Assembly: GCA_019358915.1 (NCBI GenBank)
Contig: JAHHIM010000009.1
Span: 1-64,000 of the forward strand
Source: Trichormus sp. ATA11-4-KO1
GTDB taxonomy: Bacteria > Cyanobacteriota > Cyanobacteriia > Cyanobacteriales > Nostocaceae
DNA: 64,000 nt
Reading direction: 5' to 3'
Position numbers and translations under genes: made by a program. The notes below the pieces were generated by a model. That model ran no database searches, had not been told where the DNA came from, and worked only from the letters and a program-made list of their open reading frames with translations. This document shows positions 52,818-62,985 of the stretch, piece by piece; within the stretch, counting starts at the first letter, position 1; every line of letters begins with the position of its first letter.

Positions 52818-53777
52818 CTAATTCTGATTATTCAGCTGCTTAATACTATGATTCCGTTCACGCTCAATTTGTTTTACCAAACCGGCTGGGAGTTGGGATT
52901 TTTTAGTTAAAGCTTTGTCGAAATTAGCGATCGCTTCTTGGATCATTGACTGGCTTTTAACTTTTTGCCCCTGTTCTCTCAAGATTTGAGCTTTAAGATA
53001 ATACAACTCTGGGTTATCAGATGTTGTTTTTAAAGCACTGTTAACATACTCCAAAGCCTGAGGATACCGTTTTAAATCTCGGTAGGCAATGGCTATACCC
53101 CGATCCGCTAAATACTGGGGAGCAGCATTTGCCTTTAACCGTTCAATAGCATCATCGGGATTAGCAAAGGGTAGGTTGACGGCTAGCATCAAATCCATAT
53201 AGCCCTTGAGCAAATTTAGTTCTGGGTCTTGAGGAGCGATCGCTTCTGCTCTGTCTAAATGTTGATAGACTTGCCGTAGGCGAGTTAAGGCTTGTGGTGC
53301 GCCTTTGAGTGTACCTTCACGGGTGAGAATTGCTGCCCCTTCAAAAAAATGTCCAACGGCAGTATATATATTGCCGCGCAATTTATCAGTAGTAATCAGC
53401 TTTTGTCCGGCTTCTAACGTTTTCTTGCTGTAAGTATCTAGTGTAGCTAAATCTTTATTGGCATATGCTAAAGATGCTTTCATCGCATAAGCTAGAGGTT
53501 CGCTTGGCTCACTAGATATTGCTTGTTGTAGATAACGTTCTGCGGCTGGATAATCACCCTGTTGAAAAACAGCTTTAAAAGCTGCTTCTGTGTTGTCACC
53601 AATTTGACGAGGTTCGTTAGTCCGAAATGGATCGCCAGCAACAGAGGGATTAACCCACAAATTGAGTGCGATCGGCAAAGCCGCGCCGTAGGCGATCGCA
53701 GCTAAAAAGGTCGTCTGAGCAAGCCTAGTGAATCTGGCAAATGCTATTGGTTGAGGAGTAGAACACCGTTCAGTCAT
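52818..53777 (-). CDS. TPR protein (Sll0314/Alr1548-like)
   Basis: Signal-like N-terminus, AGDPFR, DPELNLLKGYMDL, TPR-like helices. Confidence 0.75.
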   Translation of the reverse strand: MTERCSTPQPIAFARFTRLAQTTFLAAIAYGAALPIALNLWVNPSVAGDPFRTNEPRQIGDNTEAAFKAVFQQGDYPAAERYLQQAISSEPSEPLAYAMKASLAYANKDLATLDTYSKKTLEAGQKLITTDKLRGNIYTAVGHFFEGAAILTREGTLKGAPQALTRLRQVYQHLDRAEAIAPQDPELNLLKGYMDLMLAVNLPFANPDDAIERLKANAAPQYLADRGIAIAYRDLKRYPQALEYVNSALKTTSDNPELYYLKAQILREQGQKVKSQSMIQEAIANFDKALTKKSQLPAGLVKQIERERNHSIKQLNNQN

Positions 53778-54167
53778 TTAAACCTCAGAAAAGTTACGGT
53801 GGAAATAGTTGTATCTATTACTTAGAATGCAAAAGACGGTTAACTATAACTTGCGTCTGTTTCGGCCTAAATATTCTACACAGGTTGACTGCGGTTATTT
53901 TGCCAAGTTCCCATAATTTTTGTCGCCATAATTAATGGGTAAGTCTGCCACAATAGAAAGAAGTACAAGGGTTGATTTTTGCCGTTAGCATCAAGTTTTC
54001 GCAAAAAAACGCGTAACTTTGGGGAAAAGGTGAATTATTCTTGCTGTTAGGTTAAGGTGTTAACCCAGGCAATGCGCCATGAGTCTTTGCATAATTTTCT
54101 AGTTATTCTCAGTGTTGTTAACTTAGTTTTAATGAGTTATTCGCCAACTTTTTGGTAGTCTTAACAA

Positions 54168-54842
54168 ATGCTCTATCTCAGAAATTTAACTTATCATCCC
54201 ACAGCCTGCCCAACAGCGATTCTCAAATCAATGAATCTGGAATTAGCACCCCAGCAGCTAGGGCTGATTATTGGGCCGAGTGGTTCCGGTAAAAGTACCT
54301 TACTAGAAATTTTGTCTGGACTAGCTGAACCAACTTCCGGCTCAGTCTGCTGGCGGGAACAAGAACTCATCGCCGAACAGCTACAACAATTGGCAGGGTT
54401 GGTGTTTCAGTTTCCAGAACGCCACTTTTGCGGTGGTACGATTTTAGAAGAATTGCGTTTAGGACATCCTGAGTTAGGGTCTGAGCGAGTTAGACAAGCA
54501 TTGAGCGAAGTAGGATTAGAGCATTTATCGCTGTCCGCCGCACCCTATGCTTTGAGTGGTGGACAGCAAAGGCGTTTAGCTTTGGCGGTGCAATTAATTC
54601 GCCAGCCAAATTTATTATTATTAGATGAGCCGACAGCCGGGTTAGATTGGTCAATGCGTCGGCAATTAGTAAATTTATTGGCAAAATTGAAAAAAGATTG
54701 GACGCTGTTGGTAGTAACACACGATGCGGGTGATATGTTGGCGATCGCAGACTGTTGCTGGACACTCAATCACGGTGAACTACAATCAGTTGATCCAGCG
54801 ACACTGGAAAGCAAAGTTAAAGAACCACAAGCGGCGGTGTGA
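54168..54842 (+). CDS. ABC transporter ATP-binding protein (ECF/CbiO-like)
   Basis: GPSGSGKST, VFQFPE, LSGGQ, LLLDEPT, VTHD. Confidence 0.92.
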   Translation: MLYLRNLTYHPTACPTAILKSMNLELAPQQLGLIIGPSGSGKSTLLEILSGLAEPTSGSVCWREQELIAEQLQQLAGLVFQFPERHFCGGTILEELRLGHPELGSERVRQALSEVGLEHLSLSAAPYALSGGQQRRLALAVQLIRQPNLLLLDEPTAGLDWSMRRQLVNLLAKLKKDWTLLVVTHDAGDMLAIADCCWTLNHGELQSVDPATLESKVKEPQAAV

Positions 54843-54865
54843 GATGGAGAGATGGGGAATAACTA

Positions 54866-55615
54866 ATGACTAACTCAACAATTCCCTTATTGCCAGAGAT
54901 GGCAGAAATCTGGCAACAAACTCTCAACTGGCAACCCAGTAGTCAACAGCAGGCACAATTCCAACAGCTTTATGAATTAATTCTGGAAGGTAACCATCAG
55001 TTAAATTTAACCCGGATTACAGAACCACAAGAATTTTGGGAAAAACATCTCTGGGATTCATTGCGAGGAATTGCATTACAAAAACAATTTCTGCCATCCC
55101 TCCAAGAGAGTGCTTCTGTGATTGATATTGGTACAGGTGCAGGTTTTCCCGGTGTTCCGGTAGGTATTATCATGCCCAATTGCCAAATCACTCTGCTAGA
55201 TTCAACCAGAAAAAAAATTGCTTTTGTTGACCAAATTTTAACTAGATTAGGCCTGAGCAATTGCAAAACTCTAGTTGGTAGATCGGAAGAAATAGGTCAG
55301 CAAGCACAGCATCGACAAACCTACGCTGTTGCCCTCATCCGCGCTGTCGGTACAGCTGCTGTTTGTGCAGAATATACCCTACCACTACTCAAACAAGGTG
55401 GTTTAGCAGTAATTTACCGAGGTACTTGGACAGAGGAAGAAACTACAGCTTTGCGAAATGCTGTTAAGCAGTTGGGTGGCAAAATTGAAACAATTGAAAA
55501 ATTTACCACTCCTCTCAGTAACAGCATCCGTCACTGTTTGTATTTGCGTAAGGTAACAAGTACACTAGCTAATTTTCCCCGTGCTGTTGGTGTCCCTACT
55601 CAAAAGCCGCTTTAA
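54866..55615 (+). CDS. rsmG: 16S rRNA m7G527 methyltransferase
   Basis: LNLTRI, HLWDS, DIGTGAGFPG, FPRAVGVP. Confidence 0.94.
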   Translation: MTNSTIPLLPEMAEIWQQTLNWQPSSQQQAQFQQLYELILEGNHQLNLTRITEPQEFWEKHLWDSLRGIALQKQFLPSLQESASVIDIGTGAGFPGVPVGIIMPNCQITLLDSTRKKIAFVDQILTRLGLSNCKTLVGRSEEIGQQAQHRQTYAVALIRAVGTAAVCAEYTLPLLKQGGLAVIYRGTWTEEETTALRNAVKQLGGKIETIEKFTTPLSNSIRHCLYLRKVTSTLANFPRAVGVPTQKPL

Positions 55616-55629
55616 ATTGATACCCCGCC

Positions 55630-55735
55630 CCTTGTGGCCACTGAGCGGCTCGAGTGACTTGTACTGAGCCTTGTCGAAGTAGCCTTCGCTGAACTCTTGT
55701 CAAAGTGTGAGCGGTTTCTTAACTCAGCACTCTTC
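55630..55735. repeat. Three-level nested small dispersed repeat
   Basis: cactgag[cggctcgagtga[cttgtactgagccttgtcgaagta]gccttcgctgaact]cttgtcaaagtg. Confidence 0.7.
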
Positions 55736-55804
55736 ATGTCTCTGTGTCGCTACTGCTAAAAATACTGAAACAATGGAAATAGATGCTAGATTCATAAATA
55801 AACT

Positions 55805-56536
55805 ATGCCTGAACTGCCCAACAGTCTTGAAGAAGCGATCGCCCAATCTCGCACAGCCACCCAAGCAGCTCTTGCAGATGGCTATACTCGCTTACAAGTA
55901 GATTTTGTCTTCCCAGAACTCAAACTAATGCCAGTGGCGGCACAATTTCTACCAGTGTTTGCAGAATACGATTCCCGCCTGAAGGTTTTTTTTGCCGATG
56001 CTGGTGGTGCAGCCTTGGCTAGTCGTGATTGGACAGATGCACCATTTAAAATTTTGGATATCGGTACAGGTAGGGCTGCCTCTCTACAGTCTAAAATTCA
56101 GCCAGAAGACGAGATTTTCTTATTTATTGCCCCTACTGCCGTAGAAGTTCCCCAGGTGGAAAAGTTATGTGAAGATATAGGCGATCGCCCTTTTGTGATG
56201 TTAAATCCCCGCCTGGAAGATTCTGGAGTTGTGGGCATTGGTTATACAGCCAGGCAAACCCGCCAGCGTTTCATTAGTACCATTGAATCTTGCTACTACC
56301 TGCGCCCTGTCGATGATGAAACTGCTGTATTTCGCTGCTATCCAGGTTTATGGGAAGTATGGGTAGAAACTAAAGGCGAATATCAAAAAATTGCCGAATT
56401 ACCCAAAAAGCCATCAGGTGATGAGTTGGATAGCATCCTGATGCAAGGACAACCACAAACAACAGATGCTGTACCTGCGAAAAAGTCCAATGTATTTAAG
56501 AGTTTGCAACGTTTCTTCAAGGCTTTGAGTAGCTAA
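55805..56536 (+). CDS. DUF1995 family protein
   Basis: FADAGGAALA, MLNPRLED, FRCYPG.W.V. Confidence 0.8.
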   Translation: MPELPNSLEEAIAQSRTATQAALADGYTRLQVDFVFPELKLMPVAAQFLPVFAEYDSRLKVFFADAGGAALASRDWTDAPFKILDIGTGRAASLQSKIQPEDEIFLFIAPTAVEVPQVEKLCEDIGDRPFVMLNPRLEDSGVVGIGYTARQTRQRFISTIESCYYLRPVDDETAVFRCYPGLWEVWVETKGEYQKIAELPKKPSGDELDSILMQGQPQTTDAVPAKKSNVFKSLQRFFKALSS

Positions 56537-56713
56537 CATGATATCTGCATAATATAAATTCTGGCAAAAATCCGCATCAAGGGAAAACAAACCACAGATG
56601 AACGCCGATGAAATATCTGTGCTTATCTGTGGTTTAAATTCAAAAAAATTGATTACACACAGCGTTGCTGTGTCCCTACATTGCCCTGTATCTTTTCTGT
56701 TGAAAGGCTATAT

Positions 56714-57394
56714 ATGACTCTAATTCTCACTAATGATGACGGTATTGACGCTCCTGGTATCCAAGCTTTAGTTAAGGCGATCAATGGGAAAAAAGCTATT
56801 ATTGCCGCGCCTAAACACCATCAATCTGGTTGTGGGCATCAAGTCACCACCACTCGCCCCATTACACTCTATCGGCGTTCCGAGAACGAATATGCGATCG
56901 CCGGGACTCCGGCTGATTGTGTGAGAATTGCCACCACCCAAATTTGCCAAGATATCAAATTTGTGATATCTGGCATTAATGCCGGAGGCAACTTGGGAGT
57001 AGATGCTTATATTTCTGGTACTGTGGCAGCTGTGCGAGAAGCCGCAATGCATGGGATTCCGGGAATTGCTATTTCCCAATATCGCAAAGCCAAGCAAAAT
57101 TTTGATTGGGATGTGGCTGCCAAGTTGACTGCTGAAGTTTTAGCCGACTTACTCCCACGTCCTTTAGAAATGGGAAGTTTCTGGAACGTGAACCTGCCAC
57201 ATCTGCAACCGGGAGAAGCAGATCCTGAACTGGTGTTTTGCCAACCTTGTAACAAACCGTTACCAATTAACTATCGCCTTGATGGTGATGATTTTTATTA
57301 TGTAGGCGAATATAGCAAACGCGATCGCACTCCAGGCAGTGATGTAGATGTATGTTTTTCCGGTAATATTGCCGTAACTCAATTAAGGGTATAA
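56714..57394 (+). CDS. surE: 5'/3'-nucleotidase SurE
   Basis: LTNDDG, QSG, GTPADCV, SGIN.G.N, SGTVAA. Confidence 0.92.
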   Translation: MTLILTNDDGIDAPGIQALVKAINGKKAIIAAPKHHQSGCGHQVTTTRPITLYRRSENEYAIAGTPADCVRIATTQICQDIKFVISGINAGGNLGVDAYISGTVAAVREAAMHGIPGIAISQYRKAKQNFDWDVAAKLTAEVLADLLPRPLEMGSFWNVNLPHLQPGEADPELVFCQPCNKPLPINYRLDGDDFYYVGEYSKRDRTPGSDVDVCFSGNIAVTQLRV

Positions 57395-57784
57395 TCAATG
57401 ATTCCTAATTCGTAATTGAGCCTACGGCTTCAGCTATGCCCCAAAAGCTTTGCCGAACGCACTCTTTGTGGTTCGTTTACATAAGTTAAAACCTATGGCT
57501 GTTTTTGATACTAATATTATATCTAAGTATAAATATATAAATGTAATTATACCATTTCCTGATAAAGCCGCATATAATTAGCCTGCAAATCACAGCTTAG
57601 TACCCTACGGAAAGCTAGGCTACGTAGCCCCAGATTGGTTCCTGTGGGTGGATAATGTGGTTTATTTCCAAACAAACTTTCAGATGCGTTTGCTCTGCCC
57701 ATGACATTTTTTGCAACACGACCAGCATGTATGCTATCCAATAACAAGAATCAATTACAAACTACATCAACCATATAATCTCCT

Positions 57785-58609
57785 ATGCCAACACCTACTA
57801 CAGAGAATTGGTCTAATTCTGATGGCATTATTGTATCTATGTTAGAGCAAATTACTCCTCTGATTCTCACTTATAATGAAGCACCCAATATTGGACGCAC
57901 ACTTGAGCGTCTCACTTGGGCAAAAAAAATTATAGTTATTGATAGTTATAGTACCGATACAACTCTAGAAATTGTTAACTCCTATTCACAAATTCAGGTA
58001 TTTCAACGTAAATTTGATACCCACGCTCAACAATGGAACTATGGATTAGAGCAAGTTCAATCGCCCTGGGTACTTTCACTAGATGCAGATTATATAGTTA
58101 CTAATGAGTTAGTCTCGGAAATGGCTGCTTTGCCAGTCGATGGACATATTGACGGCTATTTTGCCAGATTTAAGTACTGTGTGTTTGGTAAATCACTGCA
58201 TAGCGCAATACTTCCTCCACGTCAAGTCTTGTTTCGGAAAAACAAAGTTACATATATAGATGATGGACATACACAGCTCTTGCAAATCACTGGTCAGTCT
58301 GCAACTCTTTGTGCGTATATCCACCATGACGATCGCAAACCTCTTGGCCGTTGGCTATGGGCCCAAGATCGCTATTCTCTTCTAGAAACAAAAAAAATCT
58401 TAGAAACACCATTCAGCGAATTGAACTTCGTAGATCGCATCCGCAAACAAAAAATTTTAGCTCCTTTTATTGTTGTTATTTACTGCTTAATTTTCAAAGG
58501 CGGTATTTTTGATGGTTGGCATGGTTGGTATTACGCATTTCAGCGCGCTTTAGCAGAAATAGTATTAGCAATTCGCTTAATTGAAGCCGAGAAACTACAA
58601 CAGAAGTAA
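57785..58609 (+). CDS. Glycosyltransferase family 2
   Basis: LTYNE, IDSYSTD.T, LDADY; the start may be MLEQ (57839). Confidence 0.9.
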   Translation: MPTPTTENWSNSDGIIVSMLEQITPLILTYNEAPNIGRTLERLTWAKKIIVIDSYSTDTTLEIVNSYSQIQVFQRKFDTHAQQWNYGLEQVQSPWVLSLDADYIVTNELVSEMAALPVDGHIDGYFARFKYCVFGKSLHSAILPPRQVLFRKNKVTYIDDGHTQLLQITGQSATLCAYIHHDDRKPLGRWLWAQDRYSLLETKKILETPFSELNFVDRIRKQKILAPFIVVIYCLIFKGGIFDGWHGWYYAFQRALAEIVLAIRLIEAEKLQQK

Positions 58610-58659
58610 TTAATTTGGCACAAATACTTGTCATCAAAGTCAAACTCATCTGATGACGA

Positions 58660-59556
58660 TTAGGCTGTGTGTCTAGCAACACACATCAAAGACAATGCCG
58701 CCTCTGGAGAATGGGGGTTTATACCTGATAGTCTCTGAGTAAGACGATACTTCCAAAATGGTTTACCGTAGTTGCCCTTCAACGCTTCCGCACCTACCGT
58801 ATGGTTATGGGGGTAAACTTTAACTTCAAACCCCATTGGTTCTAGCACTTCGTAGAACATTTCTGGTGTTACACCATCACCTAGTTTGTGATGTACTTCA
58901 GTTGCCAAACCCCAGGTTTGTTCCTCTTTAGTAGAGTGTCCCCCTCGTTTCAAGTATCTATAAATTGGCAACCGTAACTGCCACAATAGCGAACCTAAAC
59001 CTTTGAACTGATAAGCACTTTGTTGGGGATCATGATCTGTGATTAAAAGTCCACCAGGACGCACTAACTTAGCTGCCTCTTGCAAAACTTTTGCCATATC
59101 ATCGCAATGGTGCAAGCAAGCATTGAGCATCACAATATCAGCAAACTCAGAAACAAAAGGTAGATTTTGAGCATCTGCTAGAACTGCTGTATATCCAAGC
59201 TTACGAGCCATTTTCAGCGCACCGAGAGAAACATCTACGCCGAGTAATAGCTGGGGTTCACCACAAAAATCTTTGAGAGAAGCATACAAATTGCCAGGAC
59301 CACAACCAATATCCACTACTACTTTGCCGTGCCAACTGCCAATAACGGCTTGCCATAGTTCTACAAACTTTTCATCTCTGTGACAGGCTACAAAGTAATT
59401 TAGTCCCCATTCTGGATGTCCAAAGTAGTGGCTGTTGGCTTGAATGGCTGGAGTGGGATTTAATATCTTGCAAATAATAATATCTTCATCCCATTTATCA
59501 ATTTTGCTTGGTTGGGCAAAATACTGAGAGCAGTTTGTATTCAATGGTTTTAACAT
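58660..59556 (-). CDS. Class I SAM-dependent methyltransferase
   Basis: VDIGCGPG, GVDVS, ADAQNLPF, LHH, LVRPGG. Confidence 0.9.
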   Translation of the reverse strand: MLKPLNTNCSQYFAQPSKIDKWDEDIIICKILNPTPAIQANSHYFGHPEWGLNYFVACHRDEKFVELWQAVIGSWHGKVVVDIGCGPGNLYASLKDFCGEPQLLLGVDVSLGALKMARKLGYTAVLADAQNLPFVSEFADIVMLNACLHHCDDMAKVLQEAAKLVRPGGLLITDHDPQQSAYQFKGLGSLLWQLRLPIYRYLKRGGHSTKEEQTWGLATEVHHKLGDGVTPEMFYEVLEPMGFEVKVYPHNHTVGAEALKGNYGKPFWKYRLTQRLSGINPHSPEAALSLMCVARHTA

Positions 59557-59837
59557 GTACTATAATGTCAATGCGCGTATTAACCTGATATGTTTTGTAG
59601 GTAACACGAATATACCAAATTACTCGGTTATTTAGCACTACTCTATTTAAAAATAACAATAAGTTTATGTGTACTTATTGTTGACTCTTTCTGGTTAGCG
59701 TGCATCTTTCAAAAAAATACAGAATATAGTTAATAACTTCATGAAGGAAAACAGCCCAATACAGTAATAATTTCAGGCTGGTCCGTATTTAGTAGTGTCA
59801 GTTTTTCTACAAATTCAACATCTGGAATCAAATATCA

Positions 59838-60656
59838 ATGTTACACACAGCTTTACGAAATTATTATGCCGAGCAAATTTTAAATAAACTCGAATATTCT
59901 AAATCGATTTTAAAAGATGAATTTGCTAGGGAACACCGCATTAAAAGTTGTTATGTAGATAATCTTTTAGATATAAATGACGTGTTAGAAATCTATAACG
60001 CATTTCCTGAAAAAGAAACCTTATTACAATTAAAAGACCTGAGAGAATATAAATATGTTGGCATACAATTAAATAAATATCATCCTATTTTAGAAGAGAT
60101 TATCTATGCTTTTCAGGATGCCAGAATAGTTAATTTGATTGCCGAAATAACTGGATTTGAACAACTAATTCCAGATGAATATCTTTACGCTGGTGGCTTT
60201 AGCCTAATGGAATATGGCTGTTTTTTAAATCCTCATTTAGATAATTCCCATGACAAAGATATCAGTAACTATCGTGTCTTGAATTTACTGTATTATGTAA
60301 CTCCCAATTGGTCAGAAAATTATGGTGGTAACCTAGAACTTTGGGATCAAGGTTTAAAAAAGCCTTGTAGGACTATTCACAGTCAGTTCAATCGGCTAGT
60401 GATTATGGTTACAAATAAAACTTCTTGGCACTCCGTTAGCCCAATTAATTATCATGGTCGTCGCTGCTGTGTGTCCAACTACTATTTTTCACCAAAATCG
60501 GCTGACCAACAGAAGTATTATCACGTTACTTCCTTCCGAGGTCGCCCAGAACAAAATTTGAGAGATATAGTTTTGAGAGGAGACGCTAGCTTACGCAATA
60601 TAGTGCGTAAAATCTTTAAACATGGAATTAAAAAACCTCATTTTTACAAGAAGTAG
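59838..60656 (+). CDS. 2OG-Fe(II) oxygenase
   Basis: HLD (HxD), GGNLELW, FNRLV, SWHSV, distal R. Confidence 0.88.
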   Translation: MLHTALRNYYAEQILNKLEYSKSILKDEFAREHRIKSCYVDNLLDINDVLEIYNAFPEKETLLQLKDLREYKYVGIQLNKYHPILEEIIYAFQDARIVNLIAEITGFEQLIPDEYLYAGGFSLMEYGCFLNPHLDNSHDKDISNYRVLNLLYYVTPNWSENYGGNLELWDQGLKKPCRTIHSQFNRLVIMVTNKTSWHSVSPINYHGRRCCVSNYYFSPKSADQQKYYHVTSFRGRPEQNLRDIVLRGDASLRNIVRKIFKHGIKKPHFYKK

Positions 60657-60757
60657 AGTATTAAATAACAAAAACATTACCCCTCTCCGCCGAGGGAAAG
60701 GGGTGAGGGTGAGTTGCTCAAAAATTCTCACTGCTGAAAATTAACATTCAGCACTAC

Positions 60758-61285
60758 TTAGTAAGCATCTTGCAACTCGTAGAAATCAGGCGAGACATAA
60801 TCCTTCCGCAAAGGCCAACCTACCCAATCTTCCGGCATCAAAATCCGCTTTAAATTCGGATGTCCTTCATAGACAATGCCAAACATATCGTAAGTTTCGC
60901 GCTCTTGCCAGTCTGCTGTTTTCCAGATCCAATAAACCGAAGGTACTTTGGGATTTTCCCGAGGTAAGAACACTTTCACCCGTACTTCTTCAGGACTATC
61001 AGCATTATCACTAACTTTAATCAAGTGATACACACTAACTAAATCCTGTCCTGGGCCGAGGTCAATACCAGATTGAAACTGGAGATAATTAAACCCGTAG
61101 GCATACAGGGCTGTAGCGATGGGGAGCAAGAAATCTGACTCCACTTTAATGATCTCTACCCCATTCTTGTCAGGTTCCAAAAACTCATGCTCAAAACCAT
61201 TTTCTGCCAACCACTGGGAAATTGGACCAGCTTTGACCAAGGACTCTTCAGGTGCTAGTACTGGTTGGGAATCTTCTTCAGCCAC
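60758..61285 (-). CDS. ndhJ: NDH-1 subunit J
   Basis: [34 protein letters not shown]. Confidence 0.96.
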   Translation of the reverse strand: MAEEDSQPVLAPEESLVKAGPISQWLAENGFEHEFLEPDKNGVEIIKVESDFLLPIATALYAYGFNYLQFQSGIDLGPGQDLVSVYHLIKVSDNADSPEEVRVKVFLPRENPKVPSVYWIWKTADWQERETYDMFGIVYEGHPNLKRILMPEDWVGWPLRKDYVSPDFYELQDAY

Positions 61286-62015
61286 GCTTTTGTTCCTCCT
61301 TTTGTATCTTTGCTGTTAACAGCGCAGGTGGTACTGGCAGACCAATTGCTTCTGTCAATTCCTTCGGTGGTGCAAAGCGAGTTTCTGACTGCAAATACTT
61401 ACCAGTTAAGATTTGCTCCGTTGGCTTGAGATTGTGAGTTGTACTGTAGAAACGGTGAGTTTGCTTAATTTGACCCCGCTCTTGCATCGAATCATTGGCT
61501 ATCTTTTTCCGCAATTTAATGATTGCGTCGATAATAGCTTCTGGACGAGGAGGGCAACCAGGCAAGTAAACATCCACAGGAATTAGTTTATCAACACCAC
61601 GTACAGCCGTAGGTGAATCGACGCTAAACATCCCGCCAGTAATTGTACAAGCTCCCATAGCGATTACATACTTCGGTTCGGGCATTTGTTCATAAAGACG
61701 CACTAATTGAGGTGCCATCTTCATAGTGATTGTGCCTGCCGTAATAATTAAATCAGCTTGGCGGGGGCTAGAACGGGGAATTAACCCGAAGCGGTCAAAG
61801 TCAAACCGGGAGCCAATTAACGCGGCAAACTCAATAAAGCAGCAAGCTGTACCAAATAGCAAAGGCCACAAACTAGAAAGCCGTGCCCAATTGTACAGGT
61901 CATCAACCGTAGTCAAGATCACGTTTTCTGATAGATCCTGAGTGACTGTAGGACGCTGAATCGGGTTGATGATTTGCTCTTTGTCTTGGGTTGTTAAATT
62001 TGAATTCAAGACCAT
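61278..62015 (-). CDS. ndhK: NDH-1 subunit K
   Basis: [24 protein letters not shown]. Confidence 0.97.
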   Translation of the reverse strand: MVLNSNLTTQDKEQIINPIQRPTVTQDLSENVILTTVDDLYNWARLSSLWPLLFGTACCFIEFAALIGSRFDFDRFGLIPRSSPRQADLIITAGTITMKMAPQLVRLYEQMPEPKYVIAMGACTITGGMFSVDSPTAVRGVDKLIPVDVYLPGCPPRPEAIIDAIIKLRKKIANDSMQERGQIKQTHRFYSTTHNLKPTEQILTGKYLQSETRFAPPKELTEAIGLPVPPALLTAKIQKEEQKRG

Positions 62016-62368
62016 TCCAACGCTCCTTTACGCCATGCGTAAACTAAGGCAACTACAAGAATTGCGATAAAAATTAGGGCTTCAATGAACGCCAATAGCC
62101 CTAGACGGTGGAAAGCAACCGCCCAAGGATACAAGAATACCGTCTCTACGTCAAAAATGACGAAAACTAACGCAAACATGTAGTAGCGAATATTGAACTG
62201 AATCCAGGCTCCCCCAATTGGTTCCATGCCAGATTCATAGGTAGTACGCCGTTCCAGGCTGTTACCAGTCGGTCGTAGGAGCTTGGATGCTGAAAGTGCC
62301 AAGGCAGGCACTAGGCTACAAATGATTAAGAAGCCTAGAAGGTACTCGTAACCACTGAGGACAAACAC
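62006..62368 (-). CDS. ndhC: NDH-1 subunit C
   Basis: [23 protein letters not shown]. Confidence 0.97.
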   Translation of the reverse strand: MFVLSGYEYLLGFLIICSLVPALALSASKLLRPTGNSLERRTTYESGMEPIGGAWIQFNIRYYMFALVFVIFDVETVFLYPWAVAFHRLGLLAFIEALIFIAILVVALVYAWRKGALEWS

Positions 62369-62563
62369 AATGAATATCTACCGCTTAAGGTGTAAATAAG
62401 GCTGTTACTTTCTTTTACATTATATCTTTTTAGTTTTTCTGAAATCTGGGAAACAGACTGACTTCAGGTATTTGATTCGTTTTGGCTGATGATGGAAAAG
62501 TCTAATACTTATGTCATAATTTTTAACGTATATTTAATATTTCCCCTCTGCGAGGCCTTAGCC

Positions 62564-62899
62564 ATGAGCGAACAAGCTGTTGAAACTCCGGTGTTAGACC
62601 GCTACGAGTGTCGCGCCTGCGGTTATGTTTACGAACCTGAGAAGGGAGACAATAGCCATAATATTGCCCCAGGAACACCCTTTGCCGAACTACCCATAAC
62701 ATGGCGCTGTCCAGTATGTACGGCGAAAAAGACCGCTTTTGCCAATGTTGGACCTGCTGGTACAGCATCCGGTTTTAAGGAAAATCTCGGTTATGGTTTG
62801 GGTGTCAATCAACTGACCCCAGGACAAAAGAATATCTTGATTTTTGGAGCTTTGGCTCTTGGTTTCTTGTTTTTTATCAGTCTCTACGGCTTACAATAA
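62564..62899 (+). CDS. rubA: Membrane-anchored rubredoxin
   Basis: CRACGYVY...WRCPVC plus C-terminal TM helix; start MSEQ. Confidence 0.93.
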   Translation: MSEQAVETPVLDRYECRACGYVYEPEKGDNSHNIAPGTPFAELPITWRCPVCTAKKTAFANVGPAGTASGFKENLGYGLGVNQLTPGQKNILIFGALALGFLFFISLYGLQ

Positions 62900-62985
62900 G
62901 ACCCGTTATCTTTTTTACCAAGTTCACAGGGCAAGCATTGCTCTGAAAACAACTACACAAATTTAGAAACAAGTAAGAAATACTG

